Positions 57,527 to 64,000 of a stretch of 64,000 bases of DNA are shown piece after piece (position 1 is the stretch's first letter; each line of letters begins with the position of its first letter). Source of the stretch: a virus (taxonomy: Duplodnaviria; Heunggongvirae; Uroviricota; Caudoviricetes); IMG/VR virus record IMGVR_UViG_3300025000_000056; one strand, written 5' to 3'. The notes beneath the pieces were generated by a model. That model did not search any database, was not told the origin of the DNA, and saw only the letters and a list, made by a program, of their open reading frames with translations. Position numbers and translations under genes: made by a program.

Positions 57527-57937
57527 GTGAAGATCAAGATGTCAATCAAGAAGGGAATACTCAAGATCAGTTCGATTCAAGGGTGTCAGCCTAGTTGTGA
57601 TATTAACTTATTTATTGTGAGATCCTGCAAATCCGTACCTAAGGGATTTACACATATCCCTGGCTTGGCTCCAAGTTCAGAACTGTTCTACAAATACTGG
57701 GATTGGAAGAAGCATAATCAATGGCCTAGTAAATGGCCTGAGTATGTTAATGCCTTTGTCGAAGAAATGAAACAACCCGAGATGGCGAAACTTATCAGGC
57801 TGATTAAGGAACGCCTAGATCAAGGTAAATCCGTTCAGCTTACGTGTTTTTGTCCAGATGAATTATATTGTCATCGTAGTCTTATTGCTGAACTATTTGA
57901 ACATTGGGGTTATATAATCGAAAGGATGGTAGCTTAA
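57527..57937 (+). CDS. DUF488-family protein
   Basis: GLAPSSELF..WPEYVNAFVEEM..VQLTCFC.DE..CHRSLIAE. ATG 57539 is the likely start. Confidence 0.75.
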   Translation: MKIKMSIKKGILKISSIQGCQPSCDINLFIVRSCKSVPKGFTHIPGLAPSSELFYKYWDWKKHNQWPSKWPEYVNAFVEEMKQPEMAKLIRLIKERLDQGKSVQLTCFCPDELYCHRSLIAELFEHWGYIIERMVA

Positions 57938-58489
57938 ATGGCAAATCAAGTGAAGATTGTAGCATTCACAGGACACAGACCAACGGCAGAAGGTATGGGT
58001 GGCTATGGAGATACTCCTGGTAATAAGGCACTCTTTGAAAAGCTTTATAGTGTTTGTAAGGCTGCTTATGAACATAATGGCACCCGTGAATTTATTACGG
58101 GTATGGCATTAGGTACTGACAGTATTGCTGCATCCGCAGTGTTATATCTTAAGCTTAAATATCCTGATATCAAACTCGTAGCTGCAGTACCATTTAAAAA
58201 TCAGGATTGCAAATGGCCTAAACATTCACGAGATGCTTATCATAACCTACTATCTCAGTGTGATGAAATAGTTTATGTTGATGAGATATTAGGCTATCGA
58301 CTCGGTAATCCCGGTCAGTACAGCGCGGCTAAAATGCAAAAGCGCAATGAGTATATGGTTGATCGAGCAGAAGGAATCATTGGAGTCTATAATGGAGCGG
58401 AAAAGGGTGGCACATACAATTGTATTTATTACGCTGAGTCAATCGGTAAACCAGTCTATATTATCGATCCAACCAAACTTAAGTTTTAA
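57938..58489 (+). CDS. SLOG-superfamily YspA/DUF1273-like protein
   Basis: VAFTGHRP..FITGMALGTD..AAVPF..QD.KW..MQKRNEYMVD..YNG..KGGTYNCIYYA. Confidence 0.85.
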   Translation: MANQVKIVAFTGHRPTAEGMGGYGDTPGNKALFEKLYSVCKAAYEHNGTREFITGMALGTDSIAASAVLYLKLKYPDIKLVAAVPFKNQDCKWPKHSRDAYHNLLSQCDEIVYVDEILGYRLGNPGQYSAAKMQKRNEYMVDRAEGIIGVYNGAEKGGTYNCIYYAESIGKPVYIIDPTKLKF

Positions 58490-58512
58490 TTGTTAGTCAA
58501 ATCTCATACTTT

Positions 58513-58558
58513 ATATTAAATAACCATTCCTTGCTTTGCAGGAATGGTTATTTAATAT
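58513..58558 (+). other. 18-bp stem-loop with TTGCTTTGCA apex before RBS
   Basis: ATATTAAATAACCATTCC-TTGCTTTGCA-GGAATGGTTATTTAATAT. Confidence 0.8.
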
Positions 58559-58587
58559 TAGATTAGAATAAGAAAGGTGTGTTGTAA

Positions 58588-59544
58588 ATGGATATGCTTA
58601 AACTTAAAGTACAACTGGTCAAGATTGAGGCTTTATTTCCTGAGGGATTTGAGTTCACGAGCAAAGATGGCAATAAGGCTGTCGTTACTAAGGTCTATTC
58701 TGAGCTCAAAGGTAACATCTTACGTCCAATGTATGAAGTTAAAGTTGGGAGTAAGACTCATTCGAATATCAAAGAGTCCTTTATCTACACTTATGCTTCA
58801 CCTAAGATTGCCAATAAGACCTTATTGGCTACTATGTTAGTAGGAACTAAATATAACAAGACTGAAGTTAAGATTCAGTGGTCAGACAAAATGGCTGGGC
58901 CTTATGCTATTATTCCAGGTGCCTTTGATGCATCAGGCAAGCGTTGGGTTAACTTAATCAACTGGTATGATACAGCAGGTACTAATGTTACACGTTGGAT
59001 TCAAGCAGGTTTAGTCAGGCTTTATGCAGGTATTACAAGTATGAACTTAGCTAAGCGCGGCACTCCAACTCAATATATTGATAGCGAATGTACACTGGCT
59101 ACATCCTGTTTTAATTGCCAATGCGTCAGGATGTTAAAAGGCTCTGACACGTACGAGGGTGACTCAGATGCCGACATAGCATCGAAGGGTACCACTCGTA
59201 TGGGTATTGAAGGTATCTATGATGAGACGTTCGTGTGTGCCCTGAATGGTAGTTGTCCAGCATCCGGTGATATTCATGCCGCTAACATGGAATGTACTCG
59301 TGGTAATGAACATGAGGCTGCCCGAATGTATAAAGAGGCACCTATTGGTACGGCATTGAATTGTGCTAGTTATACCTTCAAGGGTAATAAAGAAGTCAAT
59401 GCTAAACAAAGTATGGGTTGGTTAGTTAATCCAGGTAATCTACGCTTTGATCATCAAGAGGCCAAAGAGGCCACCGATGATAAGCCGGCCGTTATTGAGT
59501 CTTATCTCGTTAAAACAGCAGGCTACCACATTATCTTAATCTAA
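58588..59544 (+). CDS. Hypothetical protein with Cys-rich C-domain
   Basis: 318 aa; SH3-like beta N-terminus; CFNCQC..CALNGSC..C..CAS. Confidence 0.8.
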   Translation: MDMLKLKVQLVKIEALFPEGFEFTSKDGNKAVVTKVYSELKGNILRPMYEVKVGSKTHSNIKESFIYTYASPKIANKTLLATMLVGTKYNKTEVKIQWSDKMAGPYAIIPGAFDASGKRWVNLINWYDTAGTNVTRWIQAGLVRLYAGITSMNLAKRGTPTQYIDSECTLATSCFNCQCVRMLKGSDTYEGDSDADIASKGTTRMGIEGIYDETFVCALNGSCPASGDIHAANMECTRGNEHEAARMYKEAPIGTALNCASYTFKGNKEVNAKQSMGWLVNPGNLRFDHQEAKEATDDKPAVIESYLVKTAGYHIILI

Positions 59545-59562
59545 CTCAATTGTTCGTCGTTC

Positions 59563-59592
59563 AACCCCTTCCTTGCTTTGCAGGAAGGGGTT
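59563..59592 (+). other. Stem-loop with the same TTGCTTTGCA apex
   Basis: AACCCCTTCC-TTGCTTTGCA-GGAAGGGGTT. Confidence 0.8.
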
Positions 59593-59614
59593 TCACTATA
59601 AATTAATTTAAGGA

Positions 59615-61378
59615 GTGTTGATTATGACAATTATTCAAAACTACATCAATTCCCAATTACCTAAAACCAAGAAGGCTCGTAAACACATGAGCCCAGCCGA
59701 TGAAGGCAACTTGGTTAGTCAGATCATTTCCCGTATGTACAGTGAACTACCATTTATTAGTCAAGAAGAGCTGGACCGTACTCGTGAAGACTTCTTTAAG
59801 TACTCTAATAAGAGTGTTACGGACTATTCCATGAGTTCCGTGGTTCATCCTCATGAAGTTGAAAGAGTTCGTGAACCCTTCGAAGATATCTTAGCTACAC
59901 ATACTAAATATGGCAATGTCACAGTTAAGGGTGTTGATCGCATCGAGGATAATCAAGTTATCGTTAAGATCATATTTAGTGTTAAGAAAAGCGATAGTGA
60001 TAAATATCGAATTGTTATGAAATTCGTACCACTTGCTGAGCTTTATATCTCATTACCAGATCGCGATATATCTGGTGAAACGGTTCAAAGTCTGTTCTTA
60101 GAGTCGGCCGAAGAAGATGCTAAAGTTGAAGTCGAAACCACCAACTTAGCTTGGCACAAGCGAGGGCTCGTTGAAATCATTGGTGAATCTCATGATCGTA
60201 ATGGTACACTAACTTATTTAGTTGAGCCGGTCAATGAAGATGGCGAATCAAATGCTCCTAAGTTTGACCTTGGTGTTGAAGAGATGGGATCTATGGATGA
60301 TCATTGTCTCAGCCACGGTCGTTCATTCGAAGTTTATGAATGTGAACTCACGCCGTATGAGTTCTATGAAGTCCCTAAGACAGCTAAATTATGTCAACCT
60401 TATACAAAGGGAGCGACTGATGATCGGTCGAATACCCTGGACGAATATGTGTGGGTCACCAAGTTTATGCCTCGTAAACCAATCCTTGATTCTAATGGCG
60501 ATCAAGTTGTTAATACTGCTCGTACTAGATCAGGTAGCGTGATCTTAGCTAAAGCAGATCAACCTGTTAAACGTAAATGGTTTAGCCAAGGTGAATGGAA
60601 AATTATTGATAGCATCGAACGTACTATTCCCGTCAAATCAGCTCGTGGTGTCACATATGTTAAGAAAGCTTGCGTAGCACAACCTGCTTATGAAGCACCT
60701 ATGGTTGAAGCTATTGGAGAAAATACAGGTCGTAAGTATATTACTAAAGCTTTCTGGTTACTTGATATTGAGACTGGCGATAAGCTAAAATGGTTTAATC
60801 CAGAGACTAATAAGAACAAAGTGTTAGACGTATCAGAGCCTACTGAACTTAGTGATTACTATGATGAGTTTAACTATGATCCGGATATCACAGGTGATTA
60901 TCAAAGTGATGCTGTTTCTTCGGTTGAAGTACAAATTCATGAGTCTGTACCGCTTGAAGGATATGTTGATACTATTGACAGTATCACAACAACCGGTAGA
61001 GTGCTTAATGCCAAAGAACAAGCTAAATTTAATAAAGAGCTTAAGGCTCGAGATCTTGACGACATATTCAAATATATTAACACTGAAGCAGGATATTGGA
61101 AGGTTCCAAAAATTAGTTCACGTAGCCTGGGTATTACTCAATTAAAGATTAACTTTATTCAAGGCGCTAAGGTTGGTGTTGGTCTTAAACTTGCGGACGT
61201 TAGCTTTTATAAGCCCGACAAGAAAAAGACTTTCTCACTTGAAGTTTATGTATCAGATACTATCATGGGTGAACTTGATATTCGTGCTAAGTTCCCTTTG
61301 AATGATAATGTTAGGATTTTCTTTGCTCAACAAGTAAGCTATGACTTTGGTAAGGTTCGTATCGCTAAAGCCAAGTAA
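59615..61378 (+). CDS. Large hypothetical early protein
   Basis: 587 aa, AAGGAG RBS; no family recognised. Confidence 0.8.
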   Translation: MLIMTIIQNYINSQLPKTKKARKHMSPADEGNLVSQIISRMYSELPFISQEELDRTREDFFKYSNKSVTDYSMSSVVHPHEVERVREPFEDILATHTKYGNVTVKGVDRIEDNQVIVKIIFSVKKSDSDKYRIVMKFVPLAELYISLPDRDISGETVQSLFLESAEEDAKVEVETTNLAWHKRGLVEIIGESHDRNGTLTYLVEPVNEDGESNAPKFDLGVEEMGSMDDHCLSHGRSFEVYECELTPYEFYEVPKTAKLCQPYTKGATDDRSNTLDEYVWVTKFMPRKPILDSNGDQVVNTARTRSGSVILAKADQPVKRKWFSQGEWKIIDSIERTIPVKSARGVTYVKKACVAQPAYEAPMVEAIGENTGRKYITKAFWLLDIETGDKLKWFNPETNKNKVLDVSEPTELSDYYDEFNYDPDITGDYQSDAVSSVEVQIHESVPLEGYVDTIDSITTTGRVLNAKEQAKFNKELKARDLDDIFKYINTEAGYWKVPKISSRSLGITQLKINFIQGAKVGVGLKLADVSFYKPDKKKTFSLEVYVSDTIMGELDIRAKFPLNDNVRIFFAQQVSYDFGKVRIAKAK

Positions 61379-61383
61379 ATATT

Positions 61384-61422
61384 AAGTATCCCCTCTCTCT
61401 CCTTTCAGGAGAGGGGATACTT
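61384..61422 (+). other. 14-bp stem-loop before RBS
   Basis: AAGTATCCCCTCTC..GAGAGGGGATACTT. Confidence 0.8.
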
Positions 61423-61447
61423 ACACAATAGAATTGGAGGATTAAAC

Positions 61448-61738
61448 ATGAAACATAGACTTACTCGTATGGAGCGGCGCGCTCGTGTTGTTATGACTGC
61501 TCGTGATCTTGCTGTTAAACTTGGAGGATCGGGTATAATTGATCCTAGTGTTATGTTATTTCCTACGGCTAAACATTCTAGTCCTGAGGGCGATATACTC
61601 TATGATGAGAGTTCATTTGATACACATTCTGTTTATGTTAGTCCAGGATCAGGTAAGATCGTTGGCATTATGAGTGGTAAAGTCTATCCATCAATGCCTA
61701 CAGTCATTGATGCTGCAGAGTATTTCTTAACTAAGTAA
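61448..61738 (+). CDS. Hypothetical protein
   Basis: 96 aa, GGAGG RBS. Confidence 0.7.
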   Translation: MKHRLTRMERRARVVMTARDLAVKLGGSGIIDPSVMLFPTAKHSSPEGDILYDESSFDTHSVYVSPGSGKIVGIMSGKVYPSMPTVIDAAEYFLTK

Positions 61739-61742
61739 CTTG

Positions 61743-61779
61743 TTTCTTTGCCCTGTCTCGAAGAGACAGGGCAAAGAAA
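61743..61779 (+). other. 17-bp stem-loop (GAA loop) before RBS
   Basis: TTTCTTTGCCCTGTCTC-GAA-GAGACAGGGCAAAGAAA; the A-run gives a U-tract only on the minus strand. Confidence 0.8.
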
Positions 61780-61793
61780 ACTAAATATAGGAG

Positions 61794-62078
61794 TTGATAT
61801 CAGTGAAAGCCATTATAGAGCAAATTATGTTTAGGTTAACGGTTAATGCTGATAAAGAAGATCTTATTGACCTTCGATGTTTACTTAATCCTACGTGTTT
61901 AAATTGTCCTGATGTTGTTAAAAACTATCGTGGTTGTGGATGTGATCCTAAGTTTAAAGAAGGATCTGCTTTACGTATTGTTAATTTAACGAATATGATT
62001 GACGTTGCATTGGGAGTTGTTCCACCTAGAGTTGAAGGTATCTCGTCAGACAAATGTGAACCGCATTCTTTAATTTAA
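61794..62078 (+). CDS. Hypothetical Cys-containing protein
   Basis: 94 aa; CLNC..CGC. Confidence 0.6.
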   Translation: MISVKAIIEQIMFRLTVNADKEDLIDLRCLLNPTCLNCPDVVKNYRGCGCDPKFKEGSALRIVNLTNMIDVALGVVPPRVEGISSDKCEPHSLI

Positions 62079-62089
62079 GGAGGAATTCC

Positions 62090-62266
62090 ATGGGAACATA
62101 TGATTATTGTGATTGTCATACTCATTGGTGTTACTATGATTTTATCCAGGTGTTTAACATTTCGATTGATCTGTTTGCTAAATGGGTTATTGCTCCGTTT
62201 TTGAAAGTCATGCCTAAGCGTAAGCAACGCAATACATGGGTTGAGCTAACATGGCATGATCCATAG
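62090..62266 (+). CDS. 58-aa protein (below track cut-off)
   Basis: AAGGAGG RBS, MGTYDYCDCHTHWCYYDFIQVFNISIDLFAKW... Confidence 0.6.
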   Translation: MGTYDYCDCHTHWCYYDFIQVFNISIDLFAKWVIAPFLKVMPKRKQRNTWVELTWHDP

Positions 62267-62295
62267 TTGACAACTTAATTATTAGATTGTATACT
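62267..62295 (+). promoter_or_regulatory. Consensus SigA/sigma70 promoter
   Basis: TTGACA-17 bp-TATACT. Confidence 0.85.
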
Positions 62296-62317
62296 CACTA
62301 AGTTATCCTCATAATAT

Positions 62318-62365
62318 AAAGGGGAGCGTAGCCTATCTTGTCATAGGCTACGCTCCCCTTTTTTT
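62318..62365 (+). terminator. Rho-independent terminator
   Basis: AAAGGGGAGCGTAGCCTAT-CTTGTC-ATAGGCTACGCTCCCC followed by T7. Confidence 0.9.
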
Positions 62366-62539
62366 GATCACCGGTTATTCCGAGTGCTTGCGATGTGGCT
62401 TTTGCTTATAGTTTGGAATATAATTTGTCCAAACTATAAGCTAGACCCACACCTTAATTGGCTTAGTATAGTTTGCATTACAAAGTGTAATACTATATTA
62501 GGCTATTCTTTTACGAATTAACCTCAAAGGAGGTAATAT

Positions 62540-62749
62540 ATGAAGCAAGTCTTAGATCTAATTAGGTCAAAACGTACACCAAGCTATACTAAGCAGACCG
62601 ACATTAAGCGAATTGTGAAAGCCAAAGAAACTGGTAATTGGGAGGAGGTTTATAAAAGCAGTCTTTACAGGATTCATGGTGGTGAATATTGTGAGTTATT
62701 AAGCGTTATGCACAGATTCGAAAGTGAAGGAGGCGTTTATCATAGATAA
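62540..62749 (+). CDS. Hypothetical protein
   Basis: 69 aa, AAAGGAGGT RBS. Confidence 0.7.
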   Translation: MKQVLDLIRSKRTPSYTKQTDIKRIVKAKETGNWEEVYKSSLYRIHGGEYCELLSVMHRFESEGGVYHR

Positions 62750-63125
62750 GGCTATGTTTAGCCCTAGTCCGGCCCAAGGAGTAGTAGAGTCCTTTATTGC
62801 TACTCTTGTTGTTGAGCCTGTTAAAAAATCTAAACCAGATCTTGTGATCCGTGTTGATTGGTTTAAATCAAGTGGTAAATGGGCCTATGGTGGCGAAGTT
62901 AATGTTGGTCATGCTCGCTTATGGATGGGTGATGCCTTTAAGCAAGCTATTGTTAGTAATCAAGATATTATTCGCGACGGCTGGCAGAATAATGATTGGG
63001 TCGTCGTGACTCGTGATTTGTCTGAAGAATGGGCCAAGCGAGAGTATAGAGAGTTTAGTAGTCAGTATTATCCAGCAGGATCCTTTAATGGACTCTATAA
63101 GCATGTGATTAGCGATGGATTATAA
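62724..63125 (+). CDS. Hypothetical protein
   Basis: 133-aa frame; VDWFKSSGKWAY motif; true start may lie slightly downstream. Confidence 0.65.
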   Translation: MKEAFIIDKAMFSPSPAQGVVESFIATLVVEPVKKSKPDLVIRVDWFKSSGKWAYGGEVNVGHARLWMGDAFKQAIVSNQDIIRDGWQNNDWVVVTRDLSEEWAKREYREFSSQYYPAGSFNGLYKHVISDGL

Positions 63126-63351
63126 GACCAAGGTAGTGATCCTAACTGCGTGCATGTTACCAATCCAATTATTCATAGGTTTTCTCATGGGTCGTGATAT
63201 TGTTACACCTAGTTTCTTAATTAACTTTGTTGTGATCGTCGTTGTCGTGGCGATTATACTTATGGTTATCGCCACGTACGTTGATTTTTATAAACATGCA
63301 TCTAAGTATCGTGAAATATACGGGAGGCATGATGACAATGAGAGGCGCTAA
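63115..63351 (+). CDS. Two-TM membrane protein
   Basis: 78 aa, two hydrophobic helices. Confidence 0.65.
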   Translation: MDYKTKVVILTACMLPIQLFIGFLMGRDIVTPSFLINFVVIVVVVAIILMVIATYVDFYKHASKYREIYGRHDDNERR

Positions 63352-63661
63352 AGTTACTGTCGGCTTTATAGTCGCAATGATTAGTTCTTTAATATTATTG
63401 GAGTACAATGTTATTCCTGTACGTTATTGTATTCATAGTTCTGTTTTAATTGGTATTGTAACTATTGTGTCCTTTATCTTTGTAGCCGGTAAGGATGAGA
63501 TGGACAATATGAACGATGTTTGTTCTTGGTATGATGCAAACAAACATCGTTCATTAGAAGAATTTGTTAATACTCCAGATTTAAGTGAAGGTCATTTACT
63601 TAATGGCCTAGCTACTCTACGTTATTATTTGAGAAAGCGAGAGAAAGCCAATGCAAAATGA
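63332..63661 (+). CDS. Two-TM membrane protein with soluble tail
   Basis: GGGAGG RBS at 63322; track frame 63242..63661. Confidence 0.6.
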   Translation: MTMRGAKVTVGFIVAMISSLILLEYNVIPVRYCIHSSVLIGIVTIVSFIFVAGKDEMDNMNDVCSWYDANKHRSLEEFVNTPDLSEGHLLNGLATLRYYLRKREKANAK

Positions 63662-64000
63662 ACTGGATCTAATCGTTAAAGAAATGCTTGAGAAGCATCA
63701 AGGCGGAGAAGAGTTTTTCAATCACCTAGATCAAGCCGTACAGCAAAATCCTATTGTAAATCAGATCTATAAGAAAGCTTACTTTTGGATTGTTGAATCT
63801 CGTCTTGAATCTCCGGCATTTATTGTCTCTGGTAAATTTGGTCGGTTCTTTGATAATTGGCATATAACTGAACCTGGTATTTATGAATCTTTGCCCATAA
63901 TCGTTGTTAATGGTGGTATGCGTAAGGGTATACCAATTGATCGATTAACTTATCTCAAAGACCTAATTAAAGATCGTGCCTTTATCTTTATTGATGACAG
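63651..64000 (+). CDS. Phosphoribosyltransferase-fold protein, partial (runs off right edge; absent from the track)
   Basis: Hand translation MQNELDLIVKEMLEKHQGGEEFF..IVSGKFG..VNGGMRKG..RAFIFIDD; hhhDD is the start of a PRPP-binding motif. Confidence 0.6.
   Translation, partial: MQNELDLIVKEMLEKHQGGEEFFNHLDQAVQQNPIVNQIYKKAYFWIVESRLESPAFIVSGKFGRFFDNWHITEPGIYESLPIIVVNGGMRKGIPIDRLTYLKDLIKDRAFIFIDD

Noticed and set aside
57467-57595. 42-aa ORF overlapping the start of the DUF488 gene
   Set aside because: It overlaps a better-supported gene in another frame and has no recognisable motif.
1-64000. Stop-codon reassignment, inteins, introns, tRNA genes, integrase or transposase
   Set aside because: Genes tile densely under code 11; TerL, portal, MCP and helicase have normal lengths with no intein or homing-endonuclease motifs; no tRNA cloverleaf or recombinase motif was recognised by eye.

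Overview
This window is part of a large tailed phage genome with a contractile tail (myovirus), most likely infecting a Bacillota/Clostridia host. The host call is inferred from strong GGAGG(TG) Shine-Dalgarno sites, a perfect SigA promoter, an Amidase_3 endolysin and an XkdW-like protein. Bases 1-47.8 kb form one leftward late/morphogenesis block. In gene order it holds putative TerS, four small Gly/Ala-rich proteins, TerL, fibre and lysis genes, portal, protease/scaffold, decoration, major capsid, neck, two sheath paralogues, three tube-fold paralogues and two chaperones. It ends in an 1823-aa tape-measure-position protein with nuclease domains and a >1000-aa giant ORF that runs off the left edge and is missing from the ORF track. 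Bases 48-64 kb are a rightward early/accessory block of small, often Cys-rich ORFs, a Dda/RecD-like helicase and a compact nucleotide/ADP-ribose-processing cluster (NDT-like, macrodomain fusion, DUF1848, DUF488, SLOG/YspA), with a PRTase at the right edge. The best non-gene signals are a TACAA-N21-ATATAT motif upstream of three leftward units, loop-less perfect palindromes between late genes, long U-less hairpins before early genes, two candidate structured ncRNAs (41.2 kb, 49.2-49.8 kb) and a promoter-plus-terminator sRNA at 62.3 kb. Family assignments are from motif recognition by eye, not database searches.
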